64,000 nucleotides of DNA from Balanoglossus misakiensis. Taxonomy: Eukaryota > Animalia > Hemichordata. This document shows positions 1 through 10,704 of the stretch, piece by piece. The stretch lies in NCBI GenBank assembly GCA_040954595.2, contig CM082580.2, forward strand, positions 7,294,390 through 7,358,389, read 5' to 3'. How positions within the stretch are numbered: the stretch's first letter is position 1; the number at the start of each line of letters is the position of its first letter. The notes below the pieces were generated by a model. The model was not told the origin of the DNA and did no database searches. It was given only the letters and a program-made list of their open reading frames with translations. The position numbers were made by a program, and so were the translations under genes.

Positions 1-371
1 GTTATTCTCGTTTTCGTATTCGTATTCGGGTTCATTCTCGTATTCGTTTTCGTATTGGAGTCACTGACAGAAGCGAGGTATTTTTAGCCCCCGATTCCAC
101 CAGGAAACAGAAATTTACAGGGTGTATACAAATTTGCGTACATTCATTGTATGTTAAAATAACTGTACATGTCGGGGATTCTGCAATTTTGAAATAAAAG
201 CCTTCTTTTGACGTTTTGGAAGGAAAAGGTGTTTTTCCCCGAATTGGAGGAAAGAACCCCAAAACAAACTTTGAGATTTTCATTTTCGTATTCGTATTCG
301 TATTCGCCTAGCGCCTTACCATGTGGACCAAGGGTACGGGCACTTGAGAAGTGCTGTAATTATTACTTTCA
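1..371. repeat. Left inverted-repeat arm with (GTATTC)n-like subrepeats
   Basis: Near-perfect reverse-complement match to 2579-2942. Confidence 0.95.
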
Positions 372-1032
372 GAGGACATTTCTGCTGATCGGATGGCCTA
401 GATCTGGAAATTCTACCTGTTTCAAGTGTTTGATTCCTACAGATATGCCAGGTACTTTATTGAACGTTCATATCATATGCAAACATAATGACCATCTCTC
501 ACTCACAGTGACAGTGACAGTCTCACTCTTCTCTCTCCCTCTCTTTTAAGCAGATTTTTTAAAGCCAAAGATTGAATAGAATTTTATCTCTTTATAGGAC
601 AGCTGGCTGTAAAGGACACCTGTTGATGCTCTTATGGTAATACTGAAGGATTCAAAGATCTAGGGAATAGTTGCTGTCAGGAAGATTTGTAAAATCACAG
701 AATATTGAACACTTTCTAACCTCCTTTGAAAAAGAAAGAAAATGAGCCCATGTAGGTGATGCCACAGATGTGAAAATTATCACAAGTTGAGTTTAAAATG
801 TGACAACAAATCCAAATATACGCCAAATTTCTCCAAAATTTCAAAACCTAAGAGACATTGGCTCTAGCTTGGATTATGTTATCCACACCACTAGTAATAT
901 TTTGTCTACATGAAATGATGATTATCTACTGTATCTTTCTGTGAAAATGTTTCATGTGTATCAAAAATGCATTATTATTATTGTATAAATTCTGAATAAC
1001 GTGATGCTTACTACTACTATTATTATTGTTCA

Positions 1033-1890
1033 TTATTCAATGTCATCCTTAGATCAGCAACATTTCCAAATGCTTGGAAGAAGGCATATTTGGTCCCTGC
1101 ATTCAAATCAGGTGATACAAGTGATCCATCAAATTTATAGAGGAATTTCTATAAGTAGTTGTCTTGCAAAACTATTTACCTATGTGTTGAATAGCAGGCT
1201 TATGAATTTTCTTGATAGTAATGGTATTCTTTCGCCATTTCAGTCTGGTATTGAACTCGTATAGTGGGAGGGATATATGGACTTCTATTTGCAATATCAA
1301 TTCCACAGTTAAACATGTATATGATAGTTTATGCGAAACTTATGAACAAACTTGGCTGAGAAATATACATAATGATACAAGAAAATGTGGAATACAGAAG
1401 AACAAGCTCCGAACTTATAGACTATTTAAGACAAGCTTTAAATTTGAAAGTTATTTGTTAGATATAAGATCTTTTACTAAAAGGAAGTGGATAACAAACT
1501 TAGAATTTCTGATCATAACCTTTAAATAGAATTGGGTAGGTCAATGCCAATAGTTCCACTAAATGAAAGATTCTGCAAACAATGCGAGTCTTTAGTTGAG
1601 GACGAATTTCACTTTGTTATAGAATATCCAAAATATAGCGCTTATAGAGACATTCTATTTTTATCCACAAGTTTATATAATCCTGGCTTTCTTGATTTAA
1701 ATGAAAGAGAAAAGTTCATGTATTTTTTTACTCACAAAGATAAACTTCCTCTTGTGAAATTTATATCTATATATTTTAATTTATATATTTATATTTATAT
1801 CCACCCCCAGCAGCAGCTTCGTCCAGTTGTGTAAATTTTGCCTTACCGCACTCCCTGAGTGTGTTGTTGTGCAATAAAGTTATTATTATT
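1033..1890 (+). mobile_element. Decayed non-LTR retrotransposon (LINE ORF2 fragment, CR1/L2-group or RTE-X-like), internally deleted
   Basis: Start of the RT region LFNVILRSATFPNAWKKAYLVPAFKSGDTSDPSN/YRGISISSCLAKLF...FQSG (frameshift near 1135). It joins near 1250 to the C-terminal region KLRTYRLFK..FESYL..and RFCKQC..EDEFHF. Stops and frameshifts present; AATAAA at 1873-1878 and a (TAT)n tail. Confidence 0.85.
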
Positions 1891-1894
1891 GTTG

Positions 1895-2371
1895 AAATTT
1901 GCATTGTCAAAATTTCACTGTTCAAATCATAGTTTAATTATTGAAACTAGAAGACATACATGTACCCACCTCGATATACATAGAATTTGTCCTTTTTGCG
2001 AAAAACAAAATGTATTCATACAAGAAGATGAACTTCATTTCATTATGTATTGTCCACTTTATGTAACACTTCGTAGGGATTTACTCCCCACTGGTATGAA
2101 CAAAAATCTGACTAGAGATATAATCATGTCATTTTCAACAAGGAAATCCAATTTTATTTTCAAACTACGTTTACATTTATAAAGCTTTTCTAAAGAGAAG
2201 AGAATATTTGAATTCATCTTAATTTACTTTATGCTCCTCAAATTATTCTTTGCCTGTACATTCGTTAAACTTTGCCTCACGTGACCACCCTTTTGTTAAA
2301 GTATATTTTCTGTAAGTTGTATAGTACGATGGGCGGTGGCCCTTTACATGAATAAACTGCTATTGATTGAT
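1895..2371 (+). mobile_element. Second 5'-truncated LINE 3' end (related clade, different family)
   Basis: ALSKFHCSNHSLIIETRRH..RICPFC..EDELHFIMYCPLY C-terminal Cys/His motif, then 3' UTR, AATAAA at 2351-2356 and a short (TTGA)n tail. Confidence 0.8.
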
Positions 2372-2578
2372 GTCACTATTATTGTTGTCATTGTTTTACC
2401 TGTCAACTACAACAGGTGAAAGACAAATTAAGTACCAGCCATGTGAAGGTTTCAAAGATCAAAATGTTGCTAAATATCATATGGTTGTATATGAAAAGCA
2501 CCATGACAGTATTGGCAGTGAATTATTGCACCAATCTTAACAAAACTTTATAATACAGACATGAATCTAACAAGGTTG

Positions 2579-2942
2579 TGAAAGTAATAATTACAGCACT
2601 TCTCAAGTGCCCGTACCCTTGGTCCACATGGTAAGGCGCTAGGCGAATACGAATACGAAAATGAAAATCTCAAAGTTTGTTTTGGGGTTCTTTCCTCCAA
2701 TTCGGGGAAAACACCTTTTCCTTCCAAAACGTCAAAAGAAGGCTTTTATTTCAAAATTGCAGAATCCCCGACATGTACAGTTATTTTAACATACAATGAA
2801 TGTACGCAAATTTGTATACACCCTGTAAATTTCTGTTTCCTGGTGGAATCGGGGGCTAAAAATACCTCGCTTCTGTCAGTGACTCCAATACGAAAACGAA
2901 TACGAGAATGAACCCGAATACGAATACGAAAACGAGAATAAC
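2579..2942. repeat. Right inverted-repeat arm with (GAATAC)n-like subrepeats
   Basis: Near-perfect reverse-complement match to 1-371. Confidence 0.95.
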
Positions 2943-3227
2943 TTCAGCACCGTCGCCACCACATCAAACGAATTTGAAGCCCCTATGTCTGCAGAATAAA
3001 ACATGCTGTTATATTCCTTTTTCGTACAATAATCTTCCAGTGCATGCTTGTCATTTCTGAACAGTATGAAAGTCCTTCTTATGTTGGAGTGGAAAAGTTG
3101 CTTATAGTACGTTGTTGACTATACTGAGCCTATTTCACTGAGATTTTATATCAAACCATCAAACTCACATGTTTATGTACGAAACCAGCCAAAGCTAAGG
3201 AGTCTTTATCACCCAGAATGCTACCTT

Positions 3228-3235
3228 ACTTCCGG
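3228..3235. promoter_or_regulatory. ETS/GABPA-type motif ACTTCCGG in the CpG-richer EAF promoter region
   Basis: Exact motif about 280 bp upstream of the EAF ATG; the start codon context AAAATGGC also resembles a YY1 site. Motif match only. Confidence 0.35.
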
Positions 3236-3506
3236 GTTTAGTGAGAAAAAACTGTTATGTCGGAGAAATGTGGTAATTTTCTGCGTGACGGACACTTTAT
3301 ATGCTCATAGTAAGGGTGAAGTCAATTTCCAGTGCGTCGATGGATACTTGTGTGCGCTATACGTAGTTCGGAAGTCGAACAAAAAAACACAGCTTGAAAC
3401 CAGTGCCCCGGCGATCGGTGATAGTGTAGCGAGTCGATCCCCTGTCTTTAGACAGACAGTCTCCGCCGATCGACGTCGTTCTACGTACGTTAGCAGTTTT
3501 TGCAAA

Positions 3507-3627
3507 ATGGCAGAAAGACACTCTGGCGCGACAACGAAGGGCTTTCTTTCAGATAATCAAGTACACGAACTCAAACTTGGAAGCAGTTTCGAGAAAAGAG
3601 CATACAGCTCTTTTCACACGATCAGAT
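3507..3627 (+). CDS. EAF: EAF exon 1 (coding part)
   Basis: MAERHSG...FHTIR; donor T|gtaagc. Confidence 0.9.
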
Positions 3628-6374
3628 GTAAGCTATTATGTTTTGAAATCTTTATGTTGACATATTCGAGGATGTGGACATGTATGTTTCTGAACAGCTG
3701 TTGTCTATTGGGTAACTGAAAATATTCCGATCACGCTTTCAAATTCCTCCATATGTTTGGCAAATGCACATTTATCAAGTGAGGTTTCATGGATTTTTCC
3801 TACGATGTTTTACAGAGATACGTGTCACATAAATAGAGGACATTTTCTTTTCCATATGTGTACAACTGTTCAGGGGGATTGGGTGGAAATGTAACACACT
3901 GTACATGTACTCGCCTGAGATTAAGTCATAAAATTGATTGCAATTTGTATTTTTCCGATACAGGCGTGGTGATCTGATCAGTGAATCTAATCGCACGATT
4001 CATGGTCCAAATCAAATCAGATTGTAATTATTCTTAGTGGATGATACTGCAGTTGGTTGACAAGGTGTTTTTGACCACTGGTTTTTCCTTCTTTTCCGGG
4101 AATTTCCAATTTCTGTGTTTCAGATTTACCGATAAACCCATGGTTCTCTGAGACACAAGATACACATGTAGTTACAGAGGTTGAATTCTAAAAGTTCAGT
4201 GATTTTCTCCCCTCCACACTACAGATGACTTCAAGCCCGCCTCAGTCGATGTCACGAAAGAAGCCAAGCTAGAAGTCTTGAAGGGCAACGAGATTTCGGT
4301 CACCGTGCCGCACATTGAGGGATCAGGCACCAACTTCACCATGTTCAAGGGACCAAAGAAACCAGTACAGAAAGAGTGCCTCTTGATCATCGACAACAAA
4401 ACCGGAGAAATCACGTTGGAAAAACTGTCAAGCACAATTCATCTAAAAAAGCAGAGGTTGGTTGGTCATCAAATAAAAATCTGTAACAACACCTGATGAC
4501 TTGTACTGTACTGGGCTTGATTAATTGAAAATAAACATTTTATTTGATTGTTTGGAAACCAGATAGAGAAATTACGAAAAATTCACATTAAATGTATATT
4601 TTTTCACAACCCGAAATACAATTTTAACACTGTCGTGCAGTTGGCCAATCTGACCTTAAGATAACCTTGATCTATTGTATGGTAGATAAAGCTGTACAAA
4701 GTTCAGCCAACAAGCTGAGCAATGTCTGATTGCAGTTTAACTTTATGACACTGTTATATAATCATGTACAAGACATATCCAGTACATATTATTGGTGCAT
4801 GAAATGAAGTAAAATACTTTGGAACTATTTGCAAATGCAATTCATCACCCATTCTTGACTAAAATCAAAATTACATGGTAATACAGATTTTGGCATCTGT
4901 TTTGGGTTCTATATGTGCACATTTGGAAATTTTGCTGAGATTTGAGGGACTTCTTTTTATTTTCATATTGATAACCAGGTTAGAAGGAAGCAGTCGGGCC
5001 ACGGCAACCAGACCACTGACACCTGTGGAACATCACAACAAACAGAGCAAATCGTCGTCGCAGTCACCGCCCGGTAATAACCAGTCATCAGCCAGGAAGA
5101 AAGAACCCCAGATGCCAACATTTACTCAAGACATTGACAGAGGTAGGCTTTAACCCTAACAGCGCCAAGTCAGTAGCAAACGGTGTCATTTTCATACACC
5201 CTGGAGCACCAGACATACCTTGACCGTGGAGAATTTGGACTGGTCTCTCCTGGTAATTTTATCAGGCCAGCTGGTCATAAACATTGGATAGGGATAAATC
5301 AAGCGGGTCAAAATACACACATGGCAAAGAAACAAAAGATATCCAACTCAGTCCAAGTACGTCCAGTGGCCATACATATTTTAAATGACTTGGCACTGTA
5401 GCAGGTACATGACACAAAGGGTAACCTTCCACTGTGTACGTCTCATTCGCAGATTTATCACCGATGTCGCAACCCATGGTACAACCGTCCCACTCGCCCG
5501 CGCAGCCGTCAGTACAGACAGTGACCCACCACATGGCCCCGCAGCCAGTGATGACGGCGCCGGTGAAAACCCAACCGGCCCTGGTGGAAGACGATCTGAT
5601 CATGAGCAGCAGCGACAGTAGCAGTAGCGAGGACTCGTCCAGCGACGACGGCAGCAGCGACGAGAGTTCGAGCGAGGACGAACAAGGAAGAAGTGCAGGT
5701 ACTCCCCATTTTCCTCGAGTTAAGCTCCACCTCGCAAGACTTTTTCACATTCAGTGGTGCCTAACCTTGTGATGCCCAGTCAGCAACAGGTGGTGCTTAA
5801 TCGTGAGTCAAAATTTCTGGGAGTGTGCGAGTTTACTGTTCTGTTCATATGCACAGAGGTTGCATGATGCAGTGTAACCAGCTTACTGCATGCATTACAA
5901 CATTCTTTGATACAAAATTAACTCCAACAATGTTACTATCCCGTTTCACATACCCTTCCCGGCTGTAACCACTGTTCCGATTGTCCATTTCAGTCGCCGA
6001 TTCCCACAATAACATGAGAGGCAACGGTCAGATGATGTCGGGCAGTAACCAATCACAGCACGGCCACTTCAGTCATCATCATCATCATCACAACTCCACC
6101 CAGAGGGAGCCCTCTAGAGGTGGCAGCGGACCCTACATGAGTCAACTAAGTAAGTGACGGTTGTTTTTGCAAAAAAAAATGTAGAATAACATAAAGGGTG
6201 TCTTGTATCAAACATTATTAATGGGAAAAGGGCAGCAAGACAGACTTTGTCCATTGAATTCTCTACCTTCAAAGCATCAGCAATGAGCTTTGCACTGTCT
6301 TAACTATATCCTTCTGTTTCTGTTTTGCAGGGGAAGATCTTCATCTTAGCGAATCAGGCTCGGACAGCGACTAG
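3507..6374 (+). CDS. EAF: ELL-associated factor (EAF1/EAF2 orthologue), 6 exons, 963 nt, 320 aa
   Basis: join(3507-3627,4225-4456,4979-5142,5453-5698,5994-6149,6331-6374); all introns GT-AG and frame-consistent. EAF domain (LKLGSSF..FHTIRYDFKPASVD..FKGPKKPVQKECLLIIDNKTGEITLEKLSSTI), Ser/Asp-rich acidic tract and conserved end REDLHLSESGSDSD*. Confidence 0.95.
4225..4456 (+). CDS. EAF: EAF exon 2
   Basis: acag|AT GAC TTC (YDFKPASVD...HLKKQR); donor AG|gttggt. Confidence 0.93.
4979..5142 (+). CDS. EAF: EAF exon 3
   Basis: ccag|G TTA GAA GGA (LEGSSR...); donor G|gtaggc. Confidence 0.88.
5453..5698 (+). CDS. EAF: EAF exon 4 (Ser/Asp/Glu-rich)
   Basis: gcag|AT TTA TCA; MSSSDSSSSEDSSSDD; donor G|gtactc. 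Confidence 0.88.
5994..6149 (+). CDS. EAF: EAF exon 5 (His run)
   Basis: ttcag|TC GCC GAT; HHHHHH..PYMSQL; donor A|gtaagt; 156 nt keeps frame. Confidence 0.85.
6179..6258 (+). mobile_element. Half copy of the TTAA-AGGGACA MITE family
   Basis: ATGTAGAATAACATAAA..CTTGT.TCAAACAT..TTAATGG.AAA.GGGCAGC..CTTTGTCC matches the right half of the element at 43927-44126. Confidence 0.75.
6331..6374 (+). CDS. EAF: EAF exon 6 (coding part, stop TAG)
   Basis: ttgcag|GG GAA GAT CTT CAT CTT AGC GAA TCA GGC TCG GAC AGC GAC TAG. Confidence 0.9.
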
Positions 6375-7020
6375 GAATAATTGATACCTTTGAAGACCGT
6401 GGGAGCACTTTGTGTTCAAACATTGTGGCTATCACAAAACTTTACTATGTATATACTGCAAGCTTTACGAAGTGATATTTTACATATCAACTGCACAGAT
6501 TACATATTTTTGCTCCTTAAAAGTGGCCAAAATTAGACGTATGGACATATTGGATTACCTCTTGGTTTATGCAAAGAAAGGATATTCTGGACCATGGAAT
6601 TGTAGCCATTTTGGATCTCTGTTCTGTTTAAATACCAGTAGTCATGCCAATATCATGGCCAGTAAAAATAATTTAACAAAAAAGAATCAATGACTTAGTT
6701 TGCTTACAGGCTTTGGAACGGTATAGTTCACTTTCAGAATTTGCGGTTGTATAGAACGAGAGAGGTTTCAGCACAAACAAAAAGTTTTTTTTTTTGAAAC
6801 TGCCATCATCATGAAATATTTATCATTTTGCAATGACCTTGGTGGTAGGATGGCCACTGTATATGACCCATGATGTCTTTCTAAAGTTTCTGTGATGGAA
6901 CAGACTCATTTCATTGTCAAATACTTGAGCAGACATTTCCTTCCTAGGCTGAAGAAGAGTTATCTGATCATCTTAGACCAGAAACCAATAGGGTAACTTT
7001 GTAATATGACCGTTCTTGGA

Positions 7021-7039
7021 TAGCGCCACCTAGTGGTCA
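7021..7039 (-). promoter_or_regulatory. Strong CTCF-type motif
   Basis: Reverse complement TGACCACTAGGTGGCGCTA versus consensus TGGCCACCAGGGGGCGCTA. Confidence 0.55.
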
Positions 7040-7839
7040 TAAAATCTATAACTTTTGTTTTTCTTTGATCGGTGTACTTTTCCTCAGCATTGGCTTCGTG
7101 TGTTCAGGCAATCAATCACGTTTTAACAAGCTTATTTTGATGGCCCACTCAATTAATACTGGGTCATTCTGATATTTTGCAATACATTCATGCATTGTCT
7201 CTAATGTAAGTTCAACTTAACACAGCAAAAAGATATTTGCTTGGTAATTTTACACCTGCTTCTTTTACAAAGAAGTGGTATCCTGCTAATCAATTTTCGA
7301 GTATACTTCCATGTCATTCACTCGGTGCAACTCTCAATTTTGTGAACAAAAGACACTTCTACAAAGTCCACACATTGGTGAGTGCACATGAACATTCAAT
7401 CATGTCGAATGAAATTTTAAAAACGTTTGGAAAAATGGTGATTTGTAAGAAAGGAGACAAAATATTGCAAATTAAATTTAAGAGACTATTTCGTGACAGA
7501 CTAACAGTCCAGTTGCAAAAGGGTTGTACTTCTGCTTTGCTGTATATTGCAGTCATGTGACTGTGGCATTACCGTGGTTACTGAACCCATGGCACTCAGT
7601 TGGGCATTGTAAAGTGGCGTGGATTTGATCATGATTACAAGTGACAACCCATTTTATGCTGGAAAATGTAACAATGCCCTTTGTTTAACTAAAATATTGT
7701 TGACGTGAGTGTTGTAACTTGTGGTGGAAATAACATGCTTTCAAAAGAATCTCTAAGCCTTTTGATTCATGACCGTGACAAAAAAAGCGACTGGTCACTT
7801 AAAAATTTAATTCAAGCAGTGTGGTGTGTGTGGATGTGA

Positions 7840-7845
7840 AATAAA
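7840..7845 (+). terminator. Candidate EAF polyadenylation signal
   Basis: First AATAAA I found after the EAF stop, followed by T-rich sequence; another at about 7915 and an ATTAAA at 7471. Confidence 0.45.
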
Positions 7846-7893
7846 TAAAACAATTGTGCAATACACTGATGATTTTTTTTAGAAATTACTTAT

Positions 7894-7899
7894 TTTATT
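7894..7899 (-). terminator. Candidate ERG polyadenylation signal
   Basis: First canonical AATAAA I found on - downstream of the ERG stop (an ATTAAA occurs near 10295). Confidence 0.35.
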
Positions 7900-10704
7900 T
7901 TTTGACATGGGTTGAATAAATAATTTTGACGTCTACAAAACCATGGTGTTGTATGTATTTTTTTTGTTTGTTTGTTTCTTGAAGACATGATAACATTTAC
8001 AACTATTATGCAAAGCCAAGACTCCAGGAGATGTACCTGTTTTTCAAATTACAATTGGCACGGTTCATAAGATGGAAACAAAAAAGTCTATATGCAGTCC
8101 GGCACATTCGGTATGGTGCCACAGTTCTTTGGGGAAAATAAACAACACATCAGTGTGTAATTTCTGTTTAAAATAAATAAAACGAGGAATATACGACTGA
8201 GAAAATGAGTTCAGGAAATAAAAGGCGCTTTACAGTTGGTTACTACTACTTTTTAGAATATTTGTATTTTTTCATAATCCACTTGAAACCTGGTTATGTG
8301 CTCTACGTCCACGAGAGATTTTGAGACAATCTCCTTATGGACCTTATAATTTAAATCCTTCCTAAAATTATCCGTGTTGCTGCAAATGCGATAGTCCACC
8401 CTCCGAAGGACTGCGTGTAGAAAAATGTAAGTTCGAATTGGTAGCCTTGTCTAACCCTAATATAATTTTTTTAACTTCCTATGTATAAAATATCACTTGT
8501 CAACGGAAAAAGAGTGACTTTGTACACTGTACAGCTACCGGTACTCCAAAGAAATAAATAGAAAAAGTAATAAATATGGCATATAAATCTGTGATTTACA
8601 AGAAAAATTAATACTGTACACAAAGACAAAAACATTTTGAGAAACTACACACAAAAGAAACTTTATACACCTAGTAAAAAAATCTGATTTTCAGTCTGCG
8701 TTTTCTTAATAAGTTTTTGAACTTATTACCAAGCTTTCAAAAGCAAAGAGCAGCAAGGCCTTATCTTTAGAGTCCTTACACTGGAGAAATATCCCAGCTG
8801 TACAAAATGTATTTGAACATTTCGGGGGAGAGCTCAGTGTACGTGAATGTGATACTTGGTATTGCCTTCTGAACAGACGCCAAGATTCCCGCCAGTGAAA
8901 CCAAATTCCAGAAGCAAAATTCCACACAGTCTTATATGCGTGGAGCACTCATTCACTGCAGCCATACTGGTGACCTCTGCACGTCAAAGGTCATCACCAT
9001 GGACACATCTATATTTTTTTAAGAGGTTGAAGGAGACGAACTATTAAAGCAACATGTCCAGGGGAGTTAATAATACATGACAAATGTGACGTACATCTGC
9101 AGGATGTACTAGATGTGGGAGACCGGAACTACTTAGCATGAAGAACACTTTTATCTGACAGTAGAATAGTACATTGTACCTAAAAAGCAACTTTGAAAAC
9201 AGTCCAACACCCAACTCCAAAAACAGACCCCCCCCCCCCACCACTCATCTGAAACTGAATCCCGCAAACAGGTACTTTGAAAAAGTCACGAAAACTTGGC
9301 AATCAGAGACTGTGGATGTAACGTAACTGAAAAAATCAGAGTCGTGTAACAAAACAACACAACAACCCAACAGAGCCCCCCCCCCCCCCCCAATTTTAGA
9401 AATCTGTATTTTCACGTTTTTTTATAATACTGTCAAAGTTTGAAAATGTAACTACAGATGCCCACCCTGGAATGGTTCCTAGATGAAAATACTGGCAAAA
9501 TTTACTCGCAAGTGTCAGATGTCAAAGGTGCCAATACTTCCAATTTACGCTAAAAACTGCAAGGCAAAAAGTGCCGTAGAATTCAATAGACATTGATTTG
9601 AAGTGAAATATACATCACTAAAGAATTTCGACCAGGAATCACTACGTAGTAGCATTAATTAATGTACATCTGCAAGCCAATTATTATTTACAAATTCGGC
9701 CAAATTAACATATACATTCCAACACACCGGGCTCATATACGTGTGCTAAAAATCTACCAATTGTGAAACGCTGCCCAACCCTTAGATTAAAAACTGTTCC
9801 CCTCGCATCAGTTTGTGACGCTTCGGTTGTACTCGGGAGAGTTGCAAAGAACCTCTAAATTTTAGTCTATGCTCTGAATCTAGTCTTTGTCATCTCAGAG
9901 TAGAAAAATAAGAAAAGAGAACGTCTACTGAACTCACTGTTTTTTTTAAAAGATGGCCGACTTCAGGTGCAGCAAAACCTGCACAAATTGCTTTTTCTTG
10001 CGAACAAGAGATTTTTGTCAGTTCTCTCACATTGGAGATTTGAGAGAATTTTTCTCACAAATCAGAATGTATGAAAGCACTTATGAGTTACAGAGTTGAA
10101 TGAGATCTCAAGCTCCCTGCAAGTCAAACGTTGCAATTAAAAAAAAGTTAGGACTTCTGGACAATTAGTTTTAACCCAAGGTAGAATTTCAAAACTTATT
10201 CAAAAAGTTGTCAGCATTTCACTGTATTCACAACAGCCCCATCATGAGTTGTAAATCTAATATTAATTTTTGTAAATTTCTATTCATATCTAATTTTAAT
10301 TTCACTTGTTTACCTAGTGGCAATGACAAAGTTTGCATTGCTGCGGGTACATATGTATGTATGTATGTATGTATCATGATTCATATCCATGTACATGTGC
10401 ATCACGAACACACGCACATAAACGCACGCACGCACACACATCCTTATTGAGATCTGATTTTGGCAATGTAACTTGGACTGATTTGAATTTTAAAGACAGA
10501 GTGTATCACACACTCCTTAATTGCCAAATGATTAAGCTCTTATAGCTTTATATATACGAAAAAATTTGACTGAAAGAAAGGTCATTTTCCCCTCAGACTA
10601 GCTATACTTTACCCTGAAGAATCTACTATCTATACGTGTCTGTGTACAGAGTCAGGTCCGAATTAACATTTCTACGTTTGCTTTGCACTTTGACGTTTGC
10701 AAAA

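Larger units (their letters stand above)
1..2983. mobile_element. Non-autonomous long-TIR (foldback-type) DNA transposon, left end outside the window; superfamily uncertain (Academ- or Harbinger-like terminus)
   Basis: 1-371 is the reverse complement of 2579-2942 apart from one extra GTATTC unit and one 1-bp homopolymer indel. The right arm probably continues to ...GAAGCCCC(TA) at about 2983-2985; this end is inferred because the partner arm is cut off. Confidence 0.8.

Noticed and set aside
1-60. Short GTATTC/TTCGT repeats resembling a repeat-spacer array
   Set aside because: No constant repeat with unique spacers; they are subrepeats of the TIR in a eukaryotic genome
3270-3506. Upstream extension of the ORF containing EAF exon 1
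   Set aside because: Starts at GTG with no EAF similarity; ATG 3507 has good context
5150-5297. TTAACCCT...AGGGATAA possible piggyBac-type MITE in EAF intron 3
   Set aside because: TIR match too short and no second copy in the window
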